Shown: positions 1 through 9,580 of the stretch, piece by piece | Numbering within the stretch: the first letter of the stretch is position 1 | Layout of the letters: the number at the start of each line of letters is the position of its first letter | DNA from: an uncultured Actinomycetota bacterium | Lineage (GTDB): Bacteria > Actinomycetota > Actinomycetes > JAHEKZ01 | NCBI GenBank assembly: GCA_963743915.1 | Contig: CAVURN010000003.1 | Coordinates: 32,001 to 96,000, forward strand | DNA: 64,000 bases | Reading direction: 5' to 3' | Translations under genes and position numbers: made by a program | The notes under the pieces: model-generated | Database searches by the model: none | Told to the model about the DNA's origin: nothing | The model's input: only the letters and a program-made list of their open reading frames with translations

Positions 1-588
1 AGCAAACCCCCGGTAAAACCCCACACAAGAAGGCCACGAACTTCAAACGCCGAACCGACGTAGCCACTGGGGTGTTGGACTCGGCAGCGCCGAGCCGGAT
101 CGGTCAGCTCGGCCAAGGGAACGCGGTGGACCGATGCCACCTCGGCCGGATCTGCTGCTGCCACGGGAGACGGGGCCCGCCACCATCCGAGGACCGGCGT
201 CACCGCAAAGCCGGTGGGTGGGATGTAGAGGTCGGGCAGCACCGCCCAGACGTCGACACCGCTCGGATCGAGTCCGGTCTCCTCGGCGGCCTCACGCAGG
301 GCGGCGTGCACAGCGTGCTCGTCGGTGGCATCGATGGCACCGCCGGGGAACGCCGGCTGCCCCGCGTGTGAGCGCATGTCGTGCGCGCGCTCGATGAGCA
401 GCACGTCCGGCCCCTGCTCACCCTCACCGAAGAGAACCAGGACGGCCGATCGCCGTGGGGCGTCCAACGGCGGGGCGAACCTGGTCAGGTCGTCCACGGT
501 GATGTCGACGACGGCTGCAGCCAGGGGTCGGAGCCAGCCGGGCAGGTCCGGGGCGGAACTCGACGCCCGGAGGCACCCCTGGGTTCAC
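1..588 (-). CDS. CoA pyrophosphatase, NUDIX family (3' end runs off window; apparent indel near start)
   Basis: Not in ORF track; manual translation gives SAVLVLF...LLIERAHDMRSHAGQPAFPGGAIDATDEHAVHAALREAAEETGL (Nudix box)...VWGFTGGLL; usual position after nth-tlpA; GTG at 588 is one frame off the body. Confidence 0.88.
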
Positions 589-595
589 GCCTCCC

Positions 596-1207
596 TCACG
601 GCAGGTCGACCTTCAGGTACGTGGCGAGCACCTCGCGCAGGTCGTCGTAAGACCGGAACGGTCCGGACTGCACGTACACGACTTCTCCCTGCTTCGACAC
701 CAGCAGGGTCGTCGGCTTGGCAAGGTTTCGGATCTCGCGGGCGAACTCGTTGGCCGGGTCGAACACCGAGGGGAACGTGATGTCGAGGTCAGCCAGCAAG
801 GCCGACGCGGCCCCCACCTGGTCCTCCGCGTCGATGCCGAGCACGTCGATCTCGCCGGACTCGTGCGCCTGCTGCAGCCACGGCATCTCGTCCCGGCAAG
901 GAGGGCACCAGCTGGCCCAGACGTTGACCAGTCGCGGACGCCCCTCGAGGCCGGCGAGCTGGACCTCGTCCCCCGGCCCCAAGCAGGGCAGCTCGAGCTC
1001 GGGGAGGCCGTCACCGCGGCCGAGAGGTGGGCCGGAGTCGGGGCACGGGTCGATCTGGGCCGCACCGGTCGCGTCCCCCGCCCCGACGGATGCCGGGGGT
1101 GTCTGCGTCGGCGTCACCCGGACTCCCGCATCCTCGCCCGAGCTGCCGCAGGCACCCAGCGTCAGAGCTGCGAGGGCCATGACAATGGCGAGGGGTGCGC
1201 GCTTCAC
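596..1207 (-). CDS. TlpA-family thiol-disulfide oxidoreductase, lipoprotein
   Basis: [11 protein letters not shown] motif; lipobox LGAC; overlaps nth stop. Confidence 0.92.
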   Translation of the reverse strand: MKRAPLAIVMALAALTLGACGSSGEDAGVRVTPTQTPPASVGAGDATGAAQIDPCPDSGPPLGRGDGLPELELPCLGPGDEVQLAGLEGRPRLVNVWASWCPPCRDEMPWLQQAHESGEIDVLGIDAEDQVGAASALLADLDITFPSVFDPANEFAREIRNLAKPTTLLVSKQGEVVYVQSGPFRSYDDLREVLATYLKVDLP

Positions 1208-1926
1208 GGGATGTCCTTGACCAGGGCGGCAGCGACTTTGGCGTCCGTCGGCCCCTCACCGAACGAGGGGCAGAGCCTGGCGATCGGGCACGCGCCGCAC
1301 GCCGGCTTGCGCGCGTGGCAGCGACGGCGCCCGTGCCAGATCATCCGGTGGGACAGCATCGTCCAGTCCTTGCGCGGGAACAGCGCACCGACGTCTGCCT
1401 CGACCTTGACCGGGTCGGTCTCGTCCGTCCAGCGGAACCGACGCGCGAGGCGTCCGAAGTGGGTGTCGACGGTGATGCCGGGGACATCGAACGCGTTGCC
1501 CAGCACCACGTTCGCGGTCTTGCGCCCGACCCCGGGCAACGTGACCAGATCCTTCAGCCGCCCCGGCACCTCGCCGTCGAAGCGCTCGCAGAGTGTCTGG
1601 CCCAGGGTGATGATCGAGCTGGTCTTGGCCCGGAAGAAGCCGGTGGAGCGGATCAGCTCCTCGAGCTCGGTCCGGTCGGCAGCCGCGTACGCCTCGGCGT
1701 CGGGGTACCTGGCGAACAGCGTGGGCGTCACCAGGTTGACCCGCTTGTCCGTGCACTGCGCCGACAGGATGGTGGCCACCAGGAGCTCCAGAGGGGTGCT
1801 GAAGTCGAGCTCGCAGTGCGCATCGGGGTAGAGCTGGCCGAGCTCCCGGTTGATGCGCCGCGCCCGTCGGACGAGCCCGGTGCGGGTCTCGGAGGCCCAG
1901 CGGTCGGCCTTGGCGGCGGTCGTCAC
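1204..1926 (-). CDS. nth: Endonuclease III
   Basis: [17 protein letters not shown], Hh[16 protein letters not shown], 4Fe-4S motif [17 protein letters not shown]. Confidence 0.97.
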   Translation of the reverse strand: MTTAAKADRWASETRTGLVRRARRINRELGQLYPDAHCELDFSTPLELLVATILSAQCTDKRVNLVTPTLFARYPDAEAYAAADRTELEELIRSTGFFRAKTSSIITLGQTLCERFDGEVPGRLKDLVTLPGVGRKTANVVLGNAFDVPGITVDTHFGRLARRFRWTDETDPVKVEADVGALFPRKDWTMLSHRMIWHGRRRCHARKPACGACPIARLCPSFGEGPTDAKVAAALVKDIP

Positions 1927-2043
1927 CCGACAAGCCTAGGCGTGCCCGCCCATCTGCCCCGTACGGGTGACGCCTCCTCAAGGGCTCGCGGAGGCCCGAC
2001 GATGCCGTCCGTGACGCAGCATGACCGTGGCGCGAAGGGACCG

Positions 2044-2577
2044 ATGATGACGACGCGGGCGCAGGAGCGCACCACGCGAGCAGCCGCACGCGAGGTGCCG
2101 GAGCGCAGCGAGGAGTTCGGGCACCTGACGCTGCCTGCTCTCCGCAGCTACCGTCAGTCATTGACGCAGGAGGAGAGCCGAGCCTCGTACTGGCGTCGGC
2201 TGATCCAGGCGCGGATGGACCTCATCGAGCTGCAGGGCGGTGACGACAGCATCCGCCTCGAACGGCTCCGGATGGCGCTGTCGGAGACCCGGGTGGGTGA
2301 GGGACGCCGCGCGCTCGTCGAGGTCATGCCGATCGACGACGCTCCCCCGTTGCCCGATCTCGCCGGGCTCTGGTCACGGGAGGCGCACCCCGACGACCCG
2401 GACGGCGTGGACGAGCTGAAGCGAGACCTCGCCTTCGCCGAGCTGCAGCTGTCGGCCTACCGTGCGGCCCTGCACCGCCGACTGGCGCGCGCCACGGGCG
2501 AGCTGATCGCCCGCTACCGCGAGGAGCCGACGCTGGCGCTGCAAGTGCTCCCCGTGCCGCCGGAGGACCCCGTCTGA
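2044..2577 (+). CDS. RsiG/AmfC-family anti-sigma factor-like protein
   Basis: C-terminal part of ORF 1195..2577 with AAGGGA RBS; ESRASYWRRLIQARMD fits E-x3-S-x2-R-x3-Q-x3-D; second degenerate copy ELQLSAYRAALHRRLA; ELIARYR tail. Confidence 0.78.
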   Translation: MMTTRAQERTTRAAAREVPERSEEFGHLTLPALRSYRQSLTQEESRASYWRRLIQARMDLIELQGGDDSIRLERLRMALSETRVGEGRRALVEVMPIDDAPPLPDLAGLWSREAHPDDPDGVDELKRDLAFAELQLSAYRAALHRRLARATGELIARYREEPTLALQVLPVPPEDPV

Positions 2578-2693
2578 GCGCCGACACCCTCGGTGGAGCA
2601 GCGGGACATGACGTCAGGGGTCTTCGGCTCTACCCTGGCGGCCCTGCGTGTGTCCCAATACGGTGAGCACCGGATGATCTCGGAGGTGAGTGG

Positions 2694-3374
2694 GTGGACT
2701 ACGACGTCCTGCGACGCACGCCGCTCTTCGCCGCACTCGACGACGCCGCTGCGGCGGCGTTGCGCGCGACGATGGGCCAGGTGACGGTCGCCCGTGGTGA
2801 CGTCGTGTTCTCCGAGGGCGAGCCTGGGGACCGGCTGTTCATCATCGCCGACGGCAAGATCAAGCTGAGTCAGACCTCCAGCGACGGGCGCGAGCAGGTC
2901 ATGGCCGTGCTCGGACCCGGCGAGATGTTCGGCGAGCTCTCCCTCTTCGACCCCGGCATGCGCACGTCCACCGCGGCGGCCGTCACCGACTCGGTCCTCC
3001 TCGGGCTCGGGCAGCGTGACCTGCGCCCTTGGCTCACCGGGCGCCCGGAGGTGGCCGAGGCGCTCCTGCAGGCTCTCGCCCAGCGGCTGCGTCGCACCAA
3101 CGAGGCGATGGCCGACCTGGTCTTCAGCGACGTGCCGGGTCGCGTCGCCAAGGCTCTGCTCGACCTGGCCGACAAGTTCGGTCAGCCGCAGCCGGACGGC
3201 GGCGTCCTCGTCGCCCACGACCTCACGCAGGAGGAGCTCGCCCAGCTGGTCGGCGCCTCGCGCGAGACGGTCAACAAGTCGCTCGCCGACTTCGCCTCGC
3301 GCGGATGGATCCGCCTCGAGGCGCGCGCGGTGATCCTGCTCGACGCCGAGCGGGTCATGCGCCGCGCCGGCTGA
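2694..3374 (+). CDS. crp: Crp/GlxR cAMP receptor protein
   Basis: cNMP domain FGELSLFDPGMRTST; HTH LTQEELAQLVGASRETVNK; GGAGG RBS; conserved position near nth. Confidence 0.95.
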   Translation: MDYDVLRRTPLFAALDDAAAAALRATMGQVTVARGDVVFSEGEPGDRLFIIADGKIKLSQTSSDGREQVMAVLGPGEMFGELSLFDPGMRTSTAAAVTDSVLLGLGQRDLRPWLTGRPEVAEALLQALAQRLRRTNEAMADLVFSDVPGRVAKALLDLADKFGQPQPDGGVLVAHDLTQEELAQLVGASRETVNKSLADFASRGWIRLEARAVILLDAERVMRRAG

Positions 3375-3401
3375 ACCTGGTCCACGTGACCTCAGGTCAC
3401 C

Positions 3402-3468
3402 CCAGTGGCGCGCTCCACTCATGTCAGGCGGCCTCAGCCGCGCGATTCTGCGTGCAACGCGCCAGTCG
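3402..3468. repeat. 67-bp REP/REPIN-like imperfect hairpin (CGAGTG family)
   Basis: Arms CCAGTGGCGCGCTCCACTCA / TGCGTGCAACGCGCCAGTCG; same length and similar arms as 57387-57453. Confidence 0.7.
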
Positions 3469-3616
3469 ACGTCAGTCCGCAGCTCGGATGCCCGCACCAC
3501 CGCGGTCAGCGGCTCGAGTCCGGCCCGGACGGCGTCCGGAAGCTGGTCGACCAGCAGAGAGGCTCCGACGTCAGCATCGTGAGCTTCGGACCCGGCGACC
3601 CGCGTGACATCGGCGT

Positions 3617-3674
3617 CGAGTGGCGCGAAATCGGGCACTTGGACGATGATCACTGACCGATTTCGCGCCTTTCG
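3617..3674. repeat. REP-like hairpin (CGAGTG family)
   Basis: GGCGCGAAATCGGGCA pairs with TGACCGATTTCGCGCC (1 mismatch); between convergent genes. Confidence 0.7.
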
Positions 3675-3682
3675 GTGTCGCC

Positions 3683-4504
3683 TCAGGAGCGCAGGGCATC
3701 GGCAGCCCTGGCGACGCCCATGCCGGACAGGTACTCCAGCTGCGCCTGCACCTGTGCCAGCACCACGTCGTGCAGCGCCGGCCCGGGGAGTCCGTAGACC
3801 GCCCGGGCAACCTCCTCGACGCTCGACGCCCCGCCGTCGAGCACGCTCGCCACCTGCTCGAGCCGCTTGGTGCGGTGCGCGATCAAGGTGTCGATGACCC
3901 GCAGGCCGTCCAGAGTCATCGGGCCGTGGCCGGGCAGCAGCGTGAGCGCCAGACCCGCCGCGGCGAGGTCCCGTATCCGCTGGAGTGACGCAAGGTAGGG
4001 CCCGAGCCGGCCGTCCGGCCAGGCGATGAGTGAGGAGCCCTCGCCCAGGATGGTGTCCCCGGTCAGCAAGGCACCGTCGCGGGGCACGTGCACGCAGAGC
4101 GAGTCATCGGTGTGACCGGGGGTCTCCAGCACCTGGAGCACCAGGCCGTCGACCTCGATCTGCTCCCCATCCACCACCGGCACCGTGCCACGGCACCACT
4201 GCGGGTCGAGGGCACGAACGGGAGCCTGCGTCTGCGCCTGCATCATGTCGACGGCTCCGGTGTGGTCCGGGTGTCGGTGCGTCACCAGGATCAGGTCCAC
4301 CTCGCACCCCGCGCGCTCGACCTCTGCGAGCACCGCGTCGACGTGCGCGGGGTCGTCCGGTCCCGGGTCGACCACGACGCACCGTTCGGCGTCCGGCTCG
4401 AAGAGCACCCACGTGTTGGTGCCGGACAGTGTCAGCACGCCGGGGTTGGCCGCCGTCACGCAGCGCGCACGCTGGGGCTCGGTGCCTCGGACCGGCTCGA
4501 TCAT
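3683..4504 (-). CDS. MBL-fold metallo-hydrolase
   Basis: ANPGVLTLSGTNTW, THRHPDH, PGHT, TGD, PGHG; ATG 4504 overlaps upstream stop. Confidence 0.92.
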   Translation of the reverse strand: MIEPVRGTEPQRARCVTAANPGVLTLSGTNTWVLFEPDAERCVVVDPGPDDPAHVDAVLAEVERAGCEVDLILVTHRHPDHTGAVDMMQAQTQAPVRALDPQWCRGTVPVVDGEQIEVDGLVLQVLETPGHTDDSLCVHVPRDGALLTGDTILGEGSSLIAWPDGRLGPYLASLQRIRDLAAAGLALTLLPGHGPMTLDGLRVIDTLIAHRTKRLEQVASVLDGGASSVEEVARAVYGLPGPALHDVVLAQVQAQLEYLSGMGVARAADALRS

Positions 4505-5079
4505 CCCGTCACCGCCTCGATGTAGGACGGCGCCGCCGCCAGGGCGGTGGAGACGTCGTCGAATGCCGTCAATGATGCAAGAGTGCTGATCGTCGGGGGC
4601 CACATCGGCAGGTCGCCCATGCTGAAGGCCTCGACGGCCGCGTGGACGACGAACCACTGACCAGCCGCCACCTCGCCGGTGAGCGGCTGCGGCTGCTGGT
4701 CGAGCGGACACCGGGCCAGGTAGAAGCGTGCGTCGAAGCGTCGGGTCTCACCTGGAGGTGTCACCCACCGGGTCCACGGCACCAGGGTGGACGCGTCCAG
4801 GCGCACGCCACTCTCCTCCCACGTCTCGCGCACGGCAGCGGCGAGATGGGAACGCGTCACCTCGAGGTCGTCGTCCCCCCACACCTGAGCGTCGTGCGAC
4901 ACGTCATGCACCACCTGACTCATGTCCTCGTCGTCGTCGACGCGACCCCCGGGGAAGGCATGCATCCCCGCCGCGAATGCCAGCGTGGTCGCCCGTTGCT
5001 GCAGCCACACCTCCAGGCCGTCCGCGCCGTCCCGCAGCAGGACGACGGTGGCGGCCGGCCGGATCGGCTGGTCGGTCAT
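4501..5079 (-). CDS. NUDIX hydrolase
   Basis: PAATVVLLRD...AFPGGRVD...AAVRETWEESG...WVTP...RRFDARF. Confidence 0.9.
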   Translation of the reverse strand: MTDQPIRPAATVVLLRDGADGLEVWLQQRATTLAFAAGMHAFPGGRVDDDEDMSQVVHDVSHDAQVWGDDDLEVTRSHLAAAVRETWEESGVRLDASTLVPWTRWVTPPGETRRFDARFYLARCPLDQQPQPLTGEVAAGQWFVVHAAVEAFSMGDLPMWPPTISTLASLTAFDDVSTALAAAPSYIEAVTG

Positions 5080-6281
5080 GCCGCGGGAGCCGGACTCGGG
5101 ATGAACGGTCGGGCCAACACGTCGGCGTAACGGGTGAGCAGCGGAGCGGCAACCGCCAGCAGCAGGACGTAGGCGGCGGTGACCGCTCCGACGTCGGCCA
5201 CGCCTTCGGCGACGGCGAGTCCGGCGATCACCACGGCGAACTCGCCACGAGCACCGAGGACGGTGCCCGCTCGCATGCGACCTCGTGGACCCACACCGTC
5301 GCGGCCGGCGGCGTACCAGCCGGTGAGCACTTTCGTGACCAGGGTGACGGCGGCGAGGCCGCCCGCGACCAGGAGCACCGGCGGCAGCGTGGACGGGTCG
5401 ATCGACAGGCCGAAGGAGACGAAGAAGACCGCGGCGAAGATGTCCCGCAGCGGTCCGAGCAGCTCCCGCGACCGGCGCGCTGCCTGCCCGGTGAGTGCGA
5501 GGCCGACCAGGAAGGCGCCGACCGCGGCGGACGCATCCAGCATCGTGGTGAGCCCGGCGACCACCAGCGTGATGCCGAACACCCGGAGCAGCACCTGCTC
5601 GTCCTCGGCGTTGGTCAGCCGGTGTCCGAGGCGCTCGCCGAAGAACCGCGAGAGCAGGAGCACCGCGAGCACCGCCGTCACCGAGGCGGCGACACCGATC
5701 ACTGCGGCGACCGTGCCGCTTCCGGCGACGACGACGGCGACCAGCGGCAGGTAGACCGCCATCGCGATGTCCTCGAGCACGAGGATCGACAGCACCGACG
5801 GCGTCTCGCGGTTCGCCAGCCGGCCGAGATCGCTCAGCACTCGCGCGACGATGCCGGACGAGGAGACCCACGTGACGCCCGCCATCACCAGAGCTCCGGA
5901 CCAGGTGTCGGTCAGCAGCCAGCCGGCCACCGCTCCGGGTGCGGCGTTGAGCACCAGGTCCAGGACCCCCGACGGGATGTGCCGTCGCATGCTGTCGGCG
6001 AACTCCTCGGCCGAGAACTCCAGACCGAGGGTCAGGAGCAGCAGCACCAGGCCGAGCTCGGCGCCCACTTGGAGGAAGGTCGACGACGCATCCAGCGACA
6101 CCGCCCCGCCCTCCCCGAGCACCAGTCCGGCGAGCAGATACAACGGGACCGGCGAGAAACCGAACCTGCGCGCCAGACCGCCGATGATCCCCAGCAGAAA
6201 CAGAACGGCGCCGACCTCGAGGAGCAGGTCGGCGGCGTCTGGGAGGACGGTGGCCGCGAAGGCGGCCGGATCAAGGCTCAC
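5076..6281 (-). CDS. Cation:proton antiporter, CPA2 family (KhtU-like)
   Basis: Many TM segments; LGLEFS, SSSGIV, LVLEDIA, GAFLVG, RGEF motifs. Confidence 0.9.
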   Translation of the reverse strand: MSLDPAAFAATVLPDAADLLLEVGAVLFLLGIIGGLARRFGFSPVPLYLLAGLVLGEGGAVSLDASSTFLQVGAELGLVLLLLTLGLEFSAEEFADSMRRHIPSGVLDLVLNAAPGAVAGWLLTDTWSGALVMAGVTWVSSSGIVARVLSDLGRLANRETPSVLSILVLEDIAMAVYLPLVAVVVAGSGTVAAVIGVAASVTAVLAVLLLSRFFGERLGHRLTNAEDEQVLLRVFGITLVVAGLTTMLDASAAVGAFLVGLALTGQAARRSRELLGPLRDIFAAVFFVSFGLSIDPSTLPPVLLVAGGLAAVTLVTKVLTGWYAAGRDGVGPRGRMRAGTVLGARGEFAVVIAGLAVAEGVADVGAVTAAYVLLLAVAAPLLTRYADVLARPFIPSPAPAA

Positions 6282-6760
6282 GGGGTACCGAGGATCGAAC
6301 GGAGGCGCGCGATCCCGTCGGCGGTGCCGATCACGACCAGCACGTCGCCGGCGTGCAGCTGCTGCGAGGGCTCCGGTGAGGCGAGCACGAGGTCGTTGTG
6401 CACCAGGGCCACTACCGACGCCCCCGTGCGGGTGCGTGCCCTGGTGTCCCCCAGGGTCTTCCCGACGTAGGGGGAGCTGTCGGCGAGAGGAATCTGCTCG
6501 GACGCGAGCCCCGGCACTTCGCGGGTCAGCTCGGCGAACTTCACGGCGATGCGCGGAGCACCCAGGATCTCGGCCAGTGTGGCGGCCTCTTCCTCGTCGA
6601 GCTCGAGCAGCTGCGTGCCGACATCCGGGTCGTCACTGTCGAACGACGAGATCGTGAAGTTCTCGCTGCGCTTGGCGACGACGGCGATGCGGCGTCCGCT
6701 TTCGAGCGTGAACTCGTACCGCAGCCCGACACCGGGCAGCACCGTCTCGACGACGTCCAT
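6278..6760 (-). CDS. Antiporter regulatory subunit with TrkA-C domain (KhtT-like)
   Basis: ETVLPGVGLRYEF N-terminus; GKTLGDTRARTRTGASVVA...GDVLVVIG; coupled to the antiporter. Confidence 0.88.
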   Translation of the reverse strand: MDVVETVLPGVGLRYEFTLESGRRIAVVAKRSENFTISSFDSDDPDVGTQLLELDEEEAATLAEILGAPRIAVKFAELTREVPGLASEQIPLADSSPYVGKTLGDTRARTRTGASVVALVHNDLVLASPEPSQQLHAGDVLVVIGTADGIARLRSILGTP

Positions 6761-6761
6761 G

Positions 6762-7223
6762 TCACCCGACCTCGACGACGAGCTCGACCTCGACGGGAGC
6801 GTCCAGCGGCAGTGCCGCGACGCCGATGGCGCTGCGCGCGTGCGCACCGATGTCACCGAACACGTCGAGCAGCAGCTCGCTGGCACCGTTGACGACCGCT
6901 GGCTGATCGGTGAAGCCGGGGGCGCTGGCGACGAAGCCCACGACCTTCACCACCCGCGTGACGGCAGAGAGGTCACCGGTCACCGAGCGCACCGCCGCCA
7001 GCGCGTTGAGCGCGCAGATGCGAGCCGCGACCTTGGCCGTCTCGAGGTCTACGTCGGCTCCGACCTTGCCCACCGACTGCATCTGGTCGTCCTGCTTCGG
7101 CAGCTGGCCCGACGTGAACACGTAGGACCCGGAGCGGACAGCCGGCACATAGGCAGCCAGCGGCGCGACGACCTCGGGAACGACGAGACCCAGCTCGGCC
7201 AGCCGCTGCTCCGGCGTCGCCAT
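6762..7223 (-). CDS. RidA family protein
   Basis: YVPAVRSG, TSGQLP, VVKVVGFVAS, HARSAIGVAALPLDAPVEVE. Confidence 0.93.
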   Translation of the reverse strand: MATPEQRLAELGLVVPEVVAPLAAYVPAVRSGSYVFTSGQLPKQDDQMQSVGKVGADVDLETAKVAARICALNALAAVRSVTGDLSAVTRVVKVVGFVASAPGFTDQPAVVNGASELLLDVFGDIGAHARSAIGVAALPLDAPVEVELVVEVG

Positions 7224-7381
7224 CAGGCCTCCCTGGGACGCTTGAAGTAGGCGACGAGCTGCTCGGCATTGGGCCCCGGGACGACCTGGACGAGCTCCCA
7301 GCCGTCCTGTCCCCAGGTGTCGAGGATCTGCTTGGTCGCATGGATCAGCAAGGGCGCGGTGGCGTACTCCCACGTGGTCAT
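7223..7381 (-). CDS. DUF4177-type small protein (52 aa)
   Basis: Not in ORF track; MTTWEYATAPLLIHATKQILDTWGQDGWELVQVVPGPNAEQLVAYFKRPREA; usual gene upstream of ridA; TGATG coupling. Confidence 0.88.
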   Translation of the reverse strand: MTTWEYATAPLLIHATKQILDTWGQDGWELVQVVPGPNAEQLVAYFKRPREA

Positions 7382-7387
7382 GGCGTC

Positions 7388-7422
7388 ACCCTAGCCAACG
7401 CGCTCGGCAGGACGCGTAGGGT
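7388..7422. promoter_or_regulatory. Back-to-back -10 boxes of two predicted leaderless transcripts
   Basis: TAGGGT-N6-ATG(7381) on - strand and TAGGGT-N6-GTG(7429) on + strand; no SD sequence. Confidence 0.65.
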
Positions 7423-7428
7423 CAGAGC

Positions 7429-8415
7429 GTGAGTGCACCAGGCAGGACGCGCCTCCACATCGTCACGGGCAAAGGGGGCACCGGCAAGACGACCGTGGCG
7501 TCTGCTTTGGCCCTCAATCTCGCGGCCGGTGGACGCCGGGTGCTGCTCATCGAGGTCGAGGGTCGGCAGGGCATCGCCCAGCTCTTCGATGTGCCGCAGC
7601 TGCCGTACGAGGAGCGCAAGGTCGCAGTGGCGCGGGACGCCGGCGACGTCTTCGCCCTCGCCATCGACCCCGAGGATGCCCTGTACGAGTACCTCGACAT
7701 GTACTACCGGCTCGGGCGGGCCGGAAAGGCCCTGCGCAAGGTCGGAGTGGTGGAGTTCGCCACCACCGTGGCGCCCGGCGTCCGCGACGTCCTGCTGACA
7801 GGCAAGGCGTACGAGGCGGTCCGGCGACGCGAAGGCCAGCAGTACGTGTACGACTCGGTCGTGGTGGACGCGCCGCCCACGGGACGCATCGGACACTTCC
7901 TCAACGTCAACACTGAGGTCGCCGGCGTCGCCAAGGTGGGTCCCATCCGCCGCCAGGCCGACTCGATCATGGAGCTGCTGCGGTCGCCGCGGACTGCCGT
8001 GCACCTGGTGACCCTGCTCGAAGAGATGCCGGTGCAGGAGACGCTGGACGCCGTCGGCGAGCTGCGCGCCCTCGAGCTCCCGATCGGCGCCGTGGTCGTC
8101 AACCAGACCCGGCGACCGGCGCTTCGCGGCACCGACCTCCAGGCGGCGCGGCGGGGAGAGCTCGACCGCACCGAGATCGAGAAGGGTCTGGCGTCCGCCG
8201 GGTTGGACGGTCACTCCGGCCTGGTCGACGCCCTGGAGCGTGAGGCCGCGTCCCACGCCGAGCGGGTGCAGCTCGAGCGCGCACAGCGGCGACGGCTCAG
8301 CGCGGTGGACCTGCCCATCGTCACCCTGCCGTGGCTTGCCGACGGCGTCGACCTCGCCGGTCTCTACCAGCTGGCGGACGAGCTGGGTCACGCGAAGGGT
8401 GAGCCACCATGGTGA
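7429..8415 (+). CDS. ArsA/Get3-like ATPase (Rv3679-like)
   Basis: GKGGTGKTT, VVDAPPTG, LLEEMPVQET. Confidence 0.9.
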   Translation: MSAPGRTRLHIVTGKGGTGKTTVASALALNLAAGGRRVLLIEVEGRQGIAQLFDVPQLPYEERKVAVARDAGDVFALAIDPEDALYEYLDMYYRLGRAGKALRKVGVVEFATTVAPGVRDVLLTGKAYEAVRRREGQQYVYDSVVVDAPPTGRIGHFLNVNTEVAGVAKVGPIRRQADSIMELLRSPRTAVHLVTLLEEMPVQETLDAVGELRALELPIGAVVVNQTRRPALRGTDLQAARRGELDRTEIEKGLASAGLDGHSGLVDALEREAASHAERVQLERAQRRRLSAVDLPIVTLPWLADGVDLAGLYQLADELGHAKGEPPW

Positions 8416-9566
8416 CGCCCGTTCCCCTCGACGTGGACGCACTGCTCGACGACCCGACCACGACCATCCTGGTGTGCTGCGGGTCGGGCGGGGTCGGCAA
8501 GACGACGACCGCCGCCACCCTCGGCGTCCGTGCTGCGCAACGCGGTCGACGCGTGTGCGTCCTCACCATCGACCCGGCACGACGGCTGGCCCAGTCGCTC
8601 GGCCTCGCCCAGCTCGACAACACGCCCCGCGAGGTCACCGGCGTCGGCCGCGACGGCGGCGCGCTCTTCGCCATGATGCTCGACATGAAGCGCACGTTCG
8701 ACGAGATCGTGCAGCAGCACGCCGATCCCGGGCGTGCCCAGCAGATCCTCGAGAACCCGCTGTACCAATCGCTCTCCAGCTCGTTCGCCGGCACCCAGGA
8801 GTACATGGCGATGGAGAAGCTCGGCCAGCTGCACCAGGAGGCGGTCGAGACCGGGGAGTGGGACCTGGTGATCGTGGACACGCCGCCGAGCCGGTCCGCA
8901 CTGGACTTCCTCGACGCGCCCGAGCGGCTGGGCACCTTCCTCGACGGACGCTTCGTGCGCATCCTGCTGGCCCCGGCACGCGCTGGTGGCAAGGCGTACA
9001 TGAAGGTCTTCGGCGGCGCCTTCAGCGTCGTCACCGGCGCCCTGAACAAGATCCTCGGCGCGCAACTGCTGGCCAACCTGCAGACGCTGGTCGCCGGGCT
9101 CGATTCAGTCTTCGGCGGTTTCCGCGAGCGGGCCGAGCGGACCTACGCGCTGCTGCAGGATCCGGGAACCTCATTCCTCGTCATCGCCGCACCGGAGCCC
9201 GATGCGCTGCGCGAGGCGTCCTTCTTCGTCGAACGGCTGCAGCAGGACGCCATGCCGCTCGCGGGGCTGGTGTTCAACCGCGTGCGCACCACCGAGGCAC
9301 CCGACGTCTCGGCGGCGCGTGCCGGGGGTGCAGCGGAAGACCTCGACGAGCGTCGGGAGCACAACCTGACGGCCGCCCTGCTACGGCTGCACGCCGACAC
9401 GATGCGGGTGCGTGACCGCGAGCGTCACCTGCTGGTGCGGTTCACCGGTGCGCACCCCGAGGTGGCGGTCACCACGGCACCGGCGTTGCCGGGTGACGTC
9501 CACGACATCGCAGGGCTGGAACAGATGGGAGTCGCACTGGCTGGCTCCACCGGCCTGCTCGACTAG
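8409..9566 (+). CDS. ArsA/Get3-like ATPase (Rv3680-like)
   Basis: CCGSGGVGKTT, TIDPARRLAQS, GTQEYMAMEKL, VDTPPSR. Confidence 0.92.
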   Translation: MVTPVPLDVDALLDDPTTTILVCCGSGGVGKTTTAATLGVRAAQRGRRVCVLTIDPARRLAQSLGLAQLDNTPREVTGVGRDGGALFAMMLDMKRTFDEIVQQHADPGRAQQILENPLYQSLSSSFAGTQEYMAMEKLGQLHQEAVETGEWDLVIVDTPPSRSALDFLDAPERLGTFLDGRFVRILLAPARAGGKAYMKVFGGAFSVVTGALNKILGAQLLANLQTLVAGLDSVFGGFRERAERTYALLQDPGTSFLVIAAPEPDALREASFFVERLQQDAMPLAGLVFNRVRTTEAPDVSAARAGGAAEDLDERREHNLTAALLRLHADTMRVRDRERHLLVRFTGAHPEVAVTTAPALPGDVHDIAGLEQMGVALAGSTGLLD

Positions 9567-9580
9567 AGGTCGCGAGCGGC

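Noticed and set aside
3386-3400. CRP site just after crp (GTGACCTCAGGTCAC)
   Set aside because: Spacing is GTGA-N7-TCAC rather than N6, and it lies between convergent genes
7429-9566. Arsenic resistance from the two ArsA-like genes
   Set aside because: Conserved Get3-like pair beside whiB4 with no arsB, arsC or arsR
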